Shown: positions 1 through 13,829 of the stretch, piece after piece
Layout of the letters: every line of letters begins with the position of its first letter
Numbering within the stretch: position 1 is the stretch's first letter
Source: Takakia lepidozioides
Lineage: Eukaryota > Plantae > Bryophyta
Length of the DNA: 64,000 nucleotides
Direction: 5' to 3'
Assembly (NCBI GenBank): GCA_030704615.1
Contig: CM060733.1
Coordinates: 12,400,001-12,464,000 of the forward strand
Translations under genes and position numbers: made by a program
Notes under the pieces: model-generated
Seen by the model: only the letters and a program-made list of their open reading frames with translations
What the model was told of the DNA's origin: nothing
Databases searched by the model: none

Positions 1-1060
1 TTCTTTTAAAGCTGGTAGCTCAACTGGATTAATGGTCTTCGCACACACTTTTCGGAAGACTCGAGAAAGCCTCATAATTGCCATCCGTGGACCCTTTCCC
101 AATACCCCTCGAATGCAAAGAGGTAAAATTTGCTGCATCATTACATGGTAGTCATGGGTTTTCATCGTAGACAGTTTATTGTCAGCCACATGTTTCTGGA
201 ATGTGGCAGCATAACCTGTGGGGGCCTTTACTGCAGCCAACGTTTCCAAAAACAACACCTTTTCATCTTCCGTAAGAACATATGGGGCCAAAGGCTTCAC
301 CAACTTGTTCGGTTGAGAGGGATGGGGTCTCAACCACAAGTGTTCACGAATGACATTTAGTTCCATATCCTTCCTAGATGTGGCTGTGTCCTTCTCCCCA
401 AGAATGGTTCTCAGCACATTCTCACACAATTTTTTTTCACAATGCATCACATCCAGTGTGTATCGGATGAGTAAGTCTTTCCAGTATGGCAATTGGTTCA
501 AAACAGTGACCCGTTTCATGCCATGTTCCTTTGAAGGGTCCTGTTTTCCCCCCTCAGCCCTTCCCATTGCGAGATACAACTCTCTGGCTGTAGCCCGGTC
601 AAATTGCTCACTTGCAGTGACCACCATAGGAGCTTCTCTATGTTCCACATGTCCATTAAAGTGGGATGAGTTATTCCTGTAGGGATGAACAATAGGCAAG
701 TATCTCCTATGACCAAGATACAAAACTTTTTGCATGCCTTGGAGTACTTGGAATCAACATTAGGGCCGCAAGTTGGGCAGGCCTTGTATCCCCCGTGTGC
801 ACATCCTGCTAGCAACCCATAAGCTGGAAAGTCGTGGATTAACCACATCAAGATGGCCCTCATGCGAAATGACTGTTGCCCCACTGGTCTGCTTCCATCC
901 AATGCCCCCACACCAACTTCCCACAACAATTTCAGCTCATCCACAAGGGGCTACAGATAAACATCTGCATTGTCATTTCCCACAGATTGTGGTCCAGGAA
1001 TCAATAAAGCCAACATCGTGAAAAATGGCTTAATACAGAGCCAAGGTGGAAGATTATAGT
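1..1060 (-). mobile_element. Degenerate CACTA (En/Spm) transposase remnant, Transposase_21/TNP2-like, frameshifted; runs off the window start
   Basis: Minus-strand peptides ELKLLWEVGV..FRMRAILMWLIHDFPAYGLLAG..GYKACPTCG (516-944) and LPYWKDLLIRYTLDVMHCEKKLCENVLRTILG (~400-500) are typical CACTA TNP2 motifs. Frames are broken and no TIR was identified. Confidence 0.85.
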
Positions 1061-2431
1061 TCACCAACATGACAGGCCATGTTGACCATTTGTTTGATTT
1101 ATCACTGTGAGAATGGCTGCAGCTTCAACAGTCGTAGATTACATCAGCGAGAACCTTGCCAAGTGTTCTTGTAAGCCTATTGGTCGTGACCACGCCTATT
1201 GGGCTTGGTATGGAAGATATGTTGATCCTCGTGTTTGGATCCCACAACAAAAGGAACCTGATTACCTTGGTATGTACTTATCCCACTGTTTGTTGTTTAT
1301 GGAGAATTTGATCTTGAAAGTGTTTTCCATTTGCACTTTTACCTTATCATTTTTTCTACAAATGTTCCACATATCAGCTGACATTTGTCATATGAAAATT
1401 ATTTTGCCCAGTCATATTCAAGGAGCGAATTCGAAAAGAAGAAGAAGAGCTTCGTGATTGGTAAGAATGGCGGGCTTCCCGGCAAGCTTCAAGGGCATCA
1501 AGAGATTCAACAAGTAGAGTTCCAAGTAACATTTCGGATGATAATGTTATTACTAGGTTCGAGTTTTCCGAAAGTATTTCCATTTCCTTTGGTGCGGAGA
1601 CCGTTGCAAGTGGTTGTGGTAACCGGAGGCGTCTCGAACACATGCCTTGACTGCGAGCCGTTTGGGAGGAGGCTCTGTAATATTAATGGGTTAGTGTAAG
1701 CCGTTGTATGGCTTCGAGCCGCTGGATAACTTTAAGTCCAACAGATGTACAGTTGACGTTACATTATGTCTGACTACAACGCCAAAGTTGCAATTTCTAA
1801 TAAAATATGAATGTTTATCATCAATGTATGTAGACTCATTCTTTCATGTCATCACCTTCATCACATGCCATGATTGTTCTATGTTTGGTTTTGTATGTCA
1901 TCTGATATGGACAACCATTTTGTGCAAAAAGTTTTACATATCTGACCTCACATCATGGTGTAATTTATTGCATCCTCCCATTTTTTTCGTGAACGTCAAC
2001 TTGGCAATGGATGTTCTTCTAAAACCACAATATATACTTATATTGTCTCCAAAAAATGTTTGGAGGATTATTACATTGTGCATAAAATAGCCAAATAATC
2101 ATATATATCACTTTATTTCAATAATAATTTTTTATTATTATTTATATTTCTCATATTATTTCTGGACCAAACAAAAGTCCAGAATTAGTTAACATAATGT
2201 TATGGGCATGATAATGGAAGAAGTTTGCCCTGGACATCATCATAATTCACATCATCCGTTAATCTTCTTGGCAATGTGAAACAGTGAAATTTTCAACTCG
2301 GGCGAACATGAATTGAATGTCGACTAATCCGTTTACGACGTTGGACTTACTGTCAAGACATAACTTACCCACAGCCCTTCTGGACATTCACCCTGGAAGA
2401 AACAGTTCCATGTCAATTAGGAAATGATAAC

Positions 2432-2630
2432 TTGGAGATTGGGGTCCTCCATGGACAGTCTCCCTGTGGCTGTTGAGGTCTAAAGCCAATGTCCATAGAT
2501 ATTATCTGCCTGAGCAATTTCTTCCAAGCCTTTGGCGCCCTTCAATGAGAAATGCAAGAAATCAGGTATGAGTTTTGACAGGCTTCGATGCTCTCTGATT
2601 ACTCCTGTTACCCTAGAATGTACTGCTGGT
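2432..2630 (-). pseudogene. Isolated exon fragment of DNA polymerase theta (TEBICHI/POLQ, family A polymerase domain) with a premature stop
   Basis: Reads VHSRVTGVIREHRSLSKL...[22 protein letters not shown] followed by a GT donor. Matches the plant TEB motif [22 protein letters not shown] as recalled, with the Gln codon replaced by TAG. Confidence 0.7.
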
Positions 2631-3258
2631 TGAAACGGAAGTGTCCATAGGCCAGGCCACACTTGAACCTTTATGAGGCTTGAAGAGTCGCATAACAGGA
2701 GGAATGCTACCTATACCAAGCCCTAGGTACAAAACCATGACTAATACACTGGATAGAATTATACTCTTAAGCCATATGATTGATGCAAGCCCACAACTAG
2801 ATCAACGTTTAGTTTGCATCCTAAATGTGACGATCAGTCTGATGAAAGATGAGACTCACTAAACATCACAAACCAAAGGATAAACCAAAACATGGTGACC
2901 ATATATAAGTTGCAACCAGCACGGATTGAGAAGAGATGCAAACTGCAAGGGAAAAAGAAGGATACTCAAAGGCAGATGAGAGTAAAAGATCAAAAGAGCA
3001 ATCAGTTACATACAAGAGACATGAAATGAAATGGTACTTTATAATGTCCGTGGAAAGCTCAAAGAGCTTATGGGACAAAATGGAAAAAAACATGAGAGAA
3101 GAAACAAAACCAGAGCCAAAAAACAGCTACTGCTCGAGGAATTGTGTAAGGGTGAAGGCCTCGTGCAAGTAAGCTGCCAAGCATTTCTAATCCGCATAGT
3201 GGAAGACTTCAGTGAGAGAAAGGAGAGAAACGAGGGAAAGGATACTCGAGCTGTACGT

Positions 3259-3410
3259 ATATTGTTCCCAAACGTATATATTGTTCCCACACGTTCCTAT
3301 AGAAAACCCCGGCCGATAAAAGCCTTGGACATAGTATATCCCCAGAATATGAAATATTGTCCCGAGATTTGGAGTATTGTCCCGGAATTTTGGAATCTTT
3401 GTCCCGGGCT
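3259..3410. repeat. Cluster of short direct repeats TATTGT(T)CCC, probably a TE subterminal remnant
   Basis: tattgttccc x2, tattgtccc x2 and tttgtccc within about 150 bp. Confidence 0.5.
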
Positions 3411-3510
3411 TTAGAATCTTGTTAATTGCATGACCTACCACCAATGTACTAGCCCACTCACACGAGCCTGCGTCCGTCGGGGCGCGTCCACGTTCATCCA
3501 CAGATAAAAC

Positions 3511-3700
3511 GCCACGTGGAAAAGGACATAAAGTGCGGGCTAGTACGCCTACTTGTAGGCTTTCTTGCCGCCGACGCGGTATTTTTTATATTATATATAT
3601 ATCTACATATCGGTTGTATACAAAAGTGCGAGCGGCACGGTGACGTGGCGGAGGATCCGCTGTGGATGTAGGGGTCCGACGGTTCAAAATCCGACACGTG
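3511..3700 (+). promoter_or_regulatory. ELIP promoter: G-box/ABRE and DRE-core cluster
   Basis: gcCACGTGga at 3511-3520, tgACGTGGC at 3641-3649, gaCACGTG at 3693-3700, CCGAC cores at ~3571, 3676 and 3691; 220-410 bp upstream of the ELIP ATG. Confidence 0.6.
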
Positions 3701-3922
3701 GTTGGTTTGCCAACGAACGAGCTTCTTTCCCCGAGCAGTAAAGATGGAAAAGTGCAGGGTACAGTGGGGGCGGTTTGGCGCCGTCGTGGATATGAGGAGA
3801 ATGCGCTGCACTCTCTCTATCGTCTCTACTCTCACGCCACGCTCCGCCGATTCCTGTGTATACCAAGCTGTTGCGGTCATTGACGTTTCTTGATCCGCTC
3901 CTTCGATCAGACCTTTGCAACC

Positions 3923-5359
3923 ATGGCCTCTGTTGCCGCAGTGATGGCTGGAGCTGCTGCCACTTCCTTGGCACCTTGCAGGCTTACACCTTGCAGTTCT
4001 TCAGTTTTTCTCGGGAGAAGCTCGGGGCAGCTATTTGTGAGCGTGCAAGGAAGTGTGAGAAGGAGCTCCAGTTACGGGATCCGCAGCATGGCCGAGGTAT
4101 AGTTGTCGATCTGGTTTAAACCGTAAATCGGCCTGCTGCTCTTACATTACAAGAAGCTTACCTCTTGTTTTTCAGCTGCTGTGTTTCACCTCTCCAGTGG
4201 TCTTTTGCAGGGAATTCAACCTGCCTAGAATTTTCATTCGAAATAAACCTGGTGTTTGACAGATTTCATTTCTGTGTTCTTCCTGACGTCCACATGCTTG
4301 TACAATGCACGGGAAGATTGGAGGCTATGTTCCTAGGATCGTGTTACACTTCTTGAATGTCCCTTCAGCTTGTCTTCCTCCCGATGTTTGCTCATAATCT
4401 GTTTGCCTTAACGTTACGTTTGCAGCCCGATCAGCGAAGCAACAGTGAGGCTACTCCCGCTACGCCTGTCACGCCGGTTTCTCCTCTCCCAACGGCCGCA
4501 GCTCCTTCTAAACCTGCCGCTCCTAAGGTACAAGTCACTCTCCGTACTTTGATCAACTTGTTCGCGTCTCTTTTACGTGTAGGAAAACAGCGCCATACCT
4601 TCGATTGTTGCGAGACTTGTGTACATTACAGGCTTACGCAGAGATCGCTGGACTTCTGTTTCAGTGTATTGCAGGTCACTTATGTAACTCGTCACACTGG
4701 GAATATAGTCTTTGCTGGTCAGATCTGCTTCCTGAAACCCGCCTCCAGAACTGATTCCGCACTTTACTTCAATTAATCGTCAGCCCCTTTCATCTGACCT
4801 GCATCTGTTGGACTGTGGATCCATACGGTTTCTCAAGGGATAGATCCAATAGGAATGTGACTTTGTAACCGTTCGAAGGTGGTAGTGCAGGCAGCTTTAG
4901 TTGGAAGGACCACAAGCATCAGTTTCTGTTATCAGATAGAACGTTAAGGCAGTGAGAGTATACGTCGATGATAGGTCAAGCTCATGGTGGTCCCTAATTA
5001 ATCTCCTTGTGCAGGTAAGCACCAACTTTGAAGACGTCTTTGCATTCAGTGGTCCGGCACCTGAGACTATCAACGGTAGACTGGCTATGCTTGGGTTTGT
5101 CGCTGGTCTGATCGTCGAGCTTGGCACTGGCAATGATCTTGTAAGCCAACTCAACATGGGAGGTACAAAATGGTTCATACTAAGTGCAATCCTCTTCTCC
5201 GTGGCATCTCTGATTCCCATGTTCAAGGGTGTGAGTGCGGATAGCAGGTCAAAGAGTTTCTTCTCTTCCCAAGCCGAAACGTGGAACGGACGCATGGCCA
5301 TGGTCGGATTAGTTGCTCTTGTCATTACCGAGTATGTGAAGGGCAGTCCTCTTGTGTAG
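3923..5359 (+). CDS. ELIP: Early light-induced protein (LHC superfamily), 3 exons: 3923-4096, 4426-4527, 5015-5359
   Basis: Transit-peptide-like exon 1 (MASVAAVMAG...), GT-AG introns in frame, and two LHC motifs FSGPAPETINGRLAMLGF and AETWNGRMAMVGLVAL. Confidence 0.95.
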
Positions 5360-6170
5360 AGTTTTCGACTCAAAATTTTGCATCCATAGGTCACGTACGA
5401 TTATGTTGTGTTGCGACTCACGTCGTCTCGTACTTCCGTCGTGGGGATAGTGTCGTGGGGATAGTGTCGTCAAAATACGCTTGCAATCATCTCTATTGCG
5501 AAGGCTTCTGAGTATAGCCAGCAACTGTTATTTAGTCTAACATTGATTTCAAGCAATAAATCAAATTGATTTGTTCTTTCAGTTGTTACCGGATTATCAT
5601 GCCCTGTAATATATAGATGTACACTCTCTTCACCAGCAGTATATCAATCCTGCACCACCAAGGTGACAGCGTGCACTATCCTACCTGAATTGTTATATTA
5701 TTAGAATCATCTTATAAATATATTATCTTACACAAACTTTATGTTTCTTTATACTTCTTACCTATATGTTTATTATATGATACATCACTATAACTTTTCT
5801 TCTCAAAATGACGTCCCCCAGTAAGAAACAACTTTCGAAAAATCGTTACCCAACCTGGTTGGTTAGTGCAAAACTAAATGCCACACCACAAAAATTCAAG
5901 TCAAAAAGCAGAGCAATAACCAGATTTAATTTGACAATATAATCTGCCAACATCCAATAAACTAAATTCTTCCACACAGGAATATTGAGCACTGGCCAAT
6001 TTTGATGTACAAAACAACCTTCTTTAAGAAAAGATGAACAATATTTTCATTGTCCTGGTTATATATACCCTAGCCGCGAGAAAGTATATATCATATGCAA
6101 AGTTCCATCTATAAATTTCTTTTACTGTATACCGAAGATACCATGGAAGCACAGCAATTGTGGTTGGATC

Positions 6171-9100
6171 CTAGAGACGGTGCATGCGCAGCCACTCTTT
6201 TTCTGCCATGGGCTTTAGGAAGCCACCCTTCCTCTCATTTGCTATAGTGGTGTAAGGCCCTCCATAATTGTGACCTGGGTAGACCCTGCAGAAAGTATTC
6301 CCATTCACCAACATCATCAAACACAGAAGAGTTTGAACAGCTCCAAATAATATCTGACATTCTAGAGCAAAATCAGAGCAGGTGGGGAGTTACATTGGTG
6401 ACCTGCTAGCAACATGCTGAAATGAACTTGTTGCCCTGTAATTTGCCCCAGTTACAGCCCCTAAGTGGTCCTGCCCGGATCCCTTTCAGAGTCAATGGGG
6501 AGTGGCGCTAAGAGAGTTTGAAGTAGTACCTGGTGGAGTCTGGTAAACTGGCAAGCTTCTTCTGTAAGCTGGTGTACATGGCCTTCGCATCACAATCAGG
6601 TAAATCCAGCCTCCCACAACTGAACAGAAAAACACGAAGGTTTCATTGACTTGGAACAAACTTGGAACTTGAAGACAGGAAGGTAGCTGCTGCATTGAGC
6701 AAATAGGGTGGTTTGGCCCATATTTACTGATTTAGAAAGGTGTAAAGACATTGTTGTAGAAATTGGTCATGCGCCAACCTTTTTGCCATGTTGGACCATT
6801 TTATTAGCCACTCACTTTGGCGACATTCTGAAGCCCCGGCCGCACTGGTGGCTAACTAGCCACCACTAGCTGTGGCTGGCTAAACTGTGGTTACTTAGCC
6901 GCTACAGGGCGGCCGCACAGAGTGGCTAAAGTAACCCGGGGTTAGGGAAGGTTAAGGTCCTCGCTGCCTGCAAAAGTCGTCCTCAGTCCCCATGGGGACT
7001 CTACACTGACAGAGTAGTGCAAGGAAGCCATAGCGGGCACTTTCTGAAATTTCCTCCTGCTTGCCCTGGAGGGCTGAATTTAAAGGTGAGGGGGTAGGGG
7101 TTAAAAGTCGGGGCAAATAGGCGGAGTAGTTTAGCCAACCCTACCTGTGCTAAGAGTTAGCCACGGCTAAATTGCCTGGTGCGGCAGCTAAATAGACATA
7201 GCCATGGCTAAACTCCACTTAGCCACTGCTAAATCAGGCAGTGCGGCCGGGAAGAATTCTGAGGACAAACTTGCTTGAAAGAAACATTCCCAACCACTTT
7301 TAAGCTTAAAGCCTGCCTTGCAATGAGTGGTCATCCAAGGTAGAGACAGATGAGAGATTGGTTACCTGCCGATAAACAGGGTGTCGCCTGATATTAGAAT
7401 ATCTTCCTGAGGCCTGCACGCAATGACAGGCTACCCACAGTCAGCAAAAGTAAAACTTGTGGCCAGCACTTGCCATGTTGGTGCCAGCAGTAGATGCAAG
7501 AAGCTGAAGTTGGTAATGACAGGTTTGCAATTTCTGGCCAAATTCCTTACAAATGACTAATGAACAGGCCACTTTAAAAGTAACCACGTATGTTATTTTT
7601 CCCAGCAGCCTCACAAATACCGTGCAGCACTGAGTCCACCACTACGGTATCCAAGACATAAAGTTTGAATTCACTATATTTGGGCAACCCTTTCATTGTT
7701 CTGCAGTCTGTTGTAGCCAAAAATAGAGACAGGCAGGAGTATGCTGGAACACCATACACCCCTGAATCGGTACTCTAGTTGAGCTGTTTCCTAAATACCT
7801 TTCGCCCAGACCAAACCGCAGTGAAGCAACTTGGTGCAAGGTCTTAAAGAGTTACCCTCTATGGACATAACAAGGCTTTACCATGACAAATCATTTGGTT
7901 TGCTGTGTCAAACTCCATTTTTAAAAATGCAGGCTGATGGAGATTGTGGGAATGACCAAATCTTTGTCCCCCATATTCCAGTACAGATAGCGATTCCCAG
8001 TACTCAAAGCACCATACACAAAACAGGGAGAGAGCGGAGTCGGAGTTACCCAGGAATATGGATGCACTGGCTGCCTGGTGTGTGCCCAGGTGTGTGGATG
8101 AAGTGCAGTTTCACTGATCCAATGGAGATCACCGCTGAATCCTGATTGCCATTTCAATGAAACCAATAGGCATTCACATATCCGAAGACATGATAGATAA
8201 ATGTGGGTGTGTGCTTAATGTGCATTAACTGTATTCCTATTTCACAGAGCCTGCTGAGAGGAACAGAGACATGGCCTTAATTCTTTAAAAGAAGAACGCT
8301 TAAGTGCCATATTGGCAACTTTGTTCAGATTTCCCTCAAACTAAAATCCTGTTTCCACTCGTAAGCTGTGTATGTCTCATGTCCACACCCCCAGCACACC
8401 TTTCCCTTGTTCGTTGATGATAACATTGAACTGCCATAACATAGGGAGCTACAAACAAGAATAACCAAGCTATATTCCATGTATATATGAGAGTGAACAC
8501 AATATCAAGCTTACCTCCAATAAAGTAAGAGACTCCATAGGCACGCCATTCTGTGTCTTCACTGTTTCTGCATCGTGTTTGTTGATATAGACCTGAGAAT
8601 AAAGGGAAATGAGATATATTGAGCCATCAGAAAAGGGATTCTACGTACAATAATTGAAAAATGAGAATATAGATCATTAAATGCTTCGGCAGTGCCCCTA
8701 ACCCTTCCTCCAGAAGCCCAGTGACTTCATCTATGCACTCGCTACAACATTCACTGCCAAACATATACTAGTGTGCGATACTAACACTCCCAGAGTTAGT
8801 GGGAGACATACGGGAACTTTATCCTCCAAAGCAAGCTCTCGAACTCCGGGCACCTTAATGCCCAGTTGGTCAAAAGGTGGGGGTGGGGTGCCTCCTGTGT
8901 GATCAAAGTGATAGTGGGTCACCACAGCTCCCACCTGTTGGAACCAGACACACACAACTGCACAGTCAAAGCTCATATATTGCAGTAGGTGATAGACACA
9001 TCACTTAGACAATGTTTGGGCTTGCCAATTGATAGAAGTACAACTTTCACCGCAACAAAAGCTGCCATGTCTGCAAAGGACATACCTTGGCCCATAACCC

Positions 9101-12100
9101 TAAGGGACTTCATAACCACATGAAGTTCCCCTCCTTTTTCTAGAGGCAGTTTGCATATATCAATCTGAGAGCCTAGTAAACTCTGAACTCACATTTGAGA
9201 GGTAACCAAAGATAGCCACAGCCAAGGTAAAGAAGAGCAAATTAAATGAAATTTAAGGCACAATGACAAAACCACAAGGAAAAGAGACAACAAAGAGACG
9301 GAATCCAAAAAGAATCCAGTCTCATCACTTACAGAGTCAATCCAAGAGAACGAGACAATCAACTATACCCTTTTTAAGTTAATAGGAAAGATCTGATCAG
9401 CTTACCAATTTCATATTGTCAGCAGCTACAGCAGCTCGAATGCCCTGGCCCAGTGCTCCAGACAAACACCTCCATCAGTAGCACCCCAAAAGACTGCTCT
9501 GACCTCTGTCTAGACATCATATCCTTTGTATCTCATCCTCTGACTTCCTGTCTTTGTTAGCAACAAACTTTGTGCAAAACCAGCTAGCCAGGTGCCTAGA
9601 CAAACGGCCAATAAGGGCAAACTCTGTGCCCATTCATTAGCAATTTGCTCAAGGACAGCTGCTTTCACTAGACTGCAACTGTCGATCACCCTACAACACT
9701 TTCACATTATTCATCCTGGAATCACTGGAACAACAAGAATGTGTTTTGGTTGTCGCACTTCAACCATACCTTCACATCCCACGCAGCATCAATCACAACA
9801 GCCTCCCGGGTTTTGGCATCACCCACCAAATAGACGAAGTTCTGCATTTGCTCCGCACTGCTAAATATCTGCTTCCCACACATAAGTTTTTCCTTCAATC
9901 AAGTCTTTCGGCAGAATTCGGCATGTTGGTTCAACATTGATGGGTCGAGACTATTGTGAGTGCCTCATGATTTATCTCTATGGGATTTCCAACATCTGAA
10001 CAGACCAGTGGTATGTAAGATGAACCACAGAACATAACAGGCTAATTGAGGGAAGTACCAACCTGCCTCTCAATAATGTTGGACGGGTTCAAACAGAAGT
10101 CTCGCCCTGCAAGTAGCTGTATCCAACCGATTATACACGTATAAATATGAGCTAATGCACCCACTTCATAAATGAATCTGTGACATCACTTAAAACATGT
10201 AATCATGGGAGCACTTGCAAAGGAAAAAAACAAAAAGGGAGCTACTCGGACCAGACAGGAAAGAACCAGCAAGTTATCACCAAGCAATCTCCACTATATA
10301 AGTAATCAAACAGAGGCAGACTTTCACAAACCTGGCGAAAATAGAAGCCAGACATGGCCTCACGGGTTAGGGTGAGCCGCTTCTTTATGGTAGCATCGTC
10401 AGATGACTGCAGACAGCATATCCCACCACTGATACAGGTCAACGAGGATAAACACAAGACTATCTCGTAAATAAATGCACATTTGACAATTTGTTTAAAT
10501 TGCTCATCTTCACATTTCCCAGATCAGAACCATGTTGTGTTCACAGTCTATCAAGGAGCCCCTTCACAAACTGATTTTGTAGGCAGATCTGACACCATCC
10601 ATCATTGCACTCTCACGAGTCCCCCCTTCATAATAAAAGTGATTAACTGTCAGCCCTGTACCCCTATGAACAGATTCTAAGAACCCTACATGCACAATAA
10701 GACACCTCAAGCAAGCAAGACTGGCAACAAATTCAATCCTAATGCTCGCACCAGTTCAGAAGCCTTGGCATATGCCTTCTCTGCATTGGGATAATCATGT
10801 AGTGCAAAATAAGCCTCTCCAAGTCTGAAGTGGCCCTGTCCCATCAAATTAGACACAACATCAGATGTTTTCAGTGATTGGACTCTTACATCCCCCTCCA
10901 TGTCCTGCATCTACGGAGTACTTCAAACCATGTTATCCTCCTTGAATATATATTCACTCACTTAAAGGGAAGAAAAAGGATACGGAGCTGTACTGAAAGA
11001 CAGCCTCAACCATAGCTAAGACTTCCATGCACTCTCCATAGGTCCAGGTCTGCATATCTGCGTCCCCTGTTACAGCAGGCTTCTATGTATTCTTCAGCTA
11101 CATTAGATTGAAGTGCACACCCAGGATTCGACATTTAGACATGTCCCTGGAAGGGCTCTCATGCACACCACTTCTAGGAAGGTTGGAAATTTCAAAAGTT
11201 GCAGGGACATGTGCAATGTTTGGAATAATACACTCAATAGCCAAAGCATGTGTCTCAGAACGCATAGGGAATTTGACTAAATGCACAGTATGAACACCAC
11301 TAGTCGTCAATATACTAACAACTACCTAGGACAGACAACTTCAAAAAGCATGTTCCAGCATTCTTCGAAGGATGTCACCTCACGGCACTGTTTCCCGAAA
11401 CTGTCATCCTTATATTGTACACAGAACAGAACCTCTTCATAGACATTCCAGGCAAAGCAGTCCGTCTCTGTCCCTCCCTCACAGACAATGGCCAACATAC
11501 CTTGCTCCAGCTGCCTTTAACGGCGATAGCCTGAGAAGCCTGGAAGAGGGCCTGCACGGGGGCCAGCAGAAGACCACCAGTAACCAGCCTGACAAGAAAG
11601 AGAGACCCCCACTCCGTAACTCCCACTGACACACCTTTACTTGTTTACCCCTCACTACAAATTGCAAGCACTACCACAGCGGATAGAAAGCTACAACTTT
11701 ACATCATACTCAAAGCTTGGCTATAGAACACGCATACTTGCCTATCGCCTCATGATCCGTCACCTCTGGTGCCATAGGAGAGCCAACATGCTGGGAATCT
11801 GTGGAACTGCTGGCCCCAAGCCTTGTCTTCATAAAGCCACTAGCCAAGGTCATAACAGGCTCCAATGTGCTGTAGTTTTAGGGGCATCTTGGAGGGACAC
11901 GTCTGAATACTCTAGTTTTGGTGGTCTGATCTAAGCAAGTCAAAAGGGTTATATCATAAAAACTCCTAACCAAATAATCTCTGCATTTGTTTAAATATCT
12001 GGCAGATTTTGCAATGGTTAGAGAGATTGGCTAACGTTGTACAAGGGTAAGACAGAGTTCATTAAGTTGTAGCACAAGGGCTCATGATGTAGAGGCAGTA

Positions 12101-12363
12101 AGTTGCAAAAGGATCAGCAATGTACACTATACGAGATGAAAATATGCAAAAATTCATTACAAAGTTATTCGCAGTACCTCCTGCAGCTGACCAAGCCTGA
12201 AATATGCATATGAGCAATTGCTGTGCAAGGGCGCAAGCTCATCCTCTTGGTTTGGATTGGCAACTGCATTGGCAACTGCAATTGCACGCTGGTAAAAATC
12301 GATGGCGGTCGAAAAGTTGCCATTGCGGACAGCATCATTGCCTGCAGTCTTGAGGGCGTCCAT
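6171..12363 (-). CDS. TPR-repeat + metallo-beta-lactamase-fold hydrolase (glyoxalase II-like) fusion protein, 13 exons
   Basis: Spliced ORF with GT-AG introns: MDALKTAGNDAVRNGNFSTAIDFYQRAI..SNCSYAYFRLG | ALFQASQAIAVKGSWSK | GHFRLGEAYFALHDYPNAEKAY (TPRs), then QNFVYLVGDAKTREAVVIDAAWD, THYHFDHTGG (HxHxDH), HTPGHTPGS, SGDTLFIGSCGRLD, VYPGHNYG, stop TAG at 6171-6173. Confidence 0.9.
6835..7251. mobile_element. Intronic MITE-like element (~420 bp)
   Basis: 13-bp TIR CCCGGCCGCACTG / CAGTGCGGCCGGG; AAG on both flanks (one extra C on the left); internal GGCTA/TAGCC motifs repeated near both ends; GC-richer than the surrounding intron. Confidence 0.7.
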
Positions 12364-13829
12364 AGCTGGCCAGTCAGATGAACACCTGGCAACATATTTT
12401 TCCACGGGGGACTAAGAAATACCCAAACCCTAGAGCGCAAAGGAACTCACAATACCGTGAGTAAACTACTCCTCTCTTACTGCATTTTTCACGTTTATGG
12501 ATATTAATAAACATCGTTAATGATCAACAGGACAGTCTTATGATGTGAATAAGACTTTCATAAATGTTGAGCAGCTTGGACTTTCAATCAAATATGACCT
12601 TGCAAGTTGAGATTTACAGTTTGATTCCCTGTCTCTTTGCTTCATTTCTCTTCTTAGACGTTTGTCTCTTTGAGGCCTTCAAGCTCAAGCGCTTTCTTCC
12701 CCTAAACGAACTCATTTTTACCCTCACCTGCTCCCCGAACCTCTGAGCACTGAGCAGAGGAAATCTCAGGCACATGCAGAGTCGAGATTTCAGTTAAAAA
12801 GACGAACTCGATGCGGACTATTTTTGAAAGTAGAGTTATAATCCAGAAGTACATATCCGAGGCCACGCATTGAACCTCACTATACTGCACTACAGCGTCC
12901 ACCCTCAGTATCAATCTGCGTTGATTCACTGAATTCTAGCATCCACTTAAGTCTACGGAGAGAACAGGCCATCATTAGCCAGCGTGAAAACCCTATAGAC
13001 ATCTGCTCTAAGAGAGCTCTTAGAAAACATCTTGGAGCCAATTTTGAGCTTTCACACATCTACCAAGACAGAGACAGAGTCTCAGACGGCTCGACGTAAT
13101 AGAGATTTAAGGAAGGACATGATTCTGAACGGAAGAAACATCCGCAATGTCAAAGACAGGGACCGGCAGGACAACATTTCCTTCGTGCAACACAGGCTTC
13201 CGAGCACTGACTCAAACGCACAACAAAAGCACTACACAACAAACCTCCGGGAAAAAGTGTAACTCTCTCCAAGGCAAGAAAAACTCCATACCTTTAAAGA
13301 CACACACATCCACTAAGAAAGAACGGATCGGTCGAGTACCTGAAAGCACTGGATGAAGATGCAGCCTCAAAGAGAGTGATTGAGGGGAAATATAAAGCCG
13401 CACTGCAAAATTCTAGCACGCATCCATAGAGCGCAGGAGCATCTCTTCCAGATCTTCCTGCATCTTCCTTCACAGCCAGGCCGCACCTATTCATTGCATC
13501 GTCGAGCGTGTGGCACTTGGGAACGCGTTCTCTACATTGAACTACAATCTCGTTCCTTACATGAGAACGTCATTGGGAGCGAATGGGACACGGTAATAGA
13601 AGGCAGGACACGTTCATAGGAACCATATCCACTGACCACTTCTTTACGCCCGTAGGGAACCCATCGCTGGGGTTGCCACGTATCAGTTTTGGAGTCGTCC
13701 GATTATAATGTAGGATAATCTCAACTGTCCCCGGATAAAGATGAAGGAAGGATGGGAAAGACACGCGTGGTGTGTCTCTCTCTCACACAAACCGAGAGAG
13801 GGAGGAGAGGTGCTACCGAGAGGCTAGCG

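Noticed and set aside
1692-1696. TAGTG as the terminus of the CACTA remnant
   Set aside because: The adjacent sequence does not resemble a CACTA TIR and the partner end is not visible.
10970-10985. GTATCCTT on the minus strand as a U12 donor in the TPR-MBL gene
   Set aside because: It lies mid-intron; flanking exons already join in frame through ordinary GT-AG sites.
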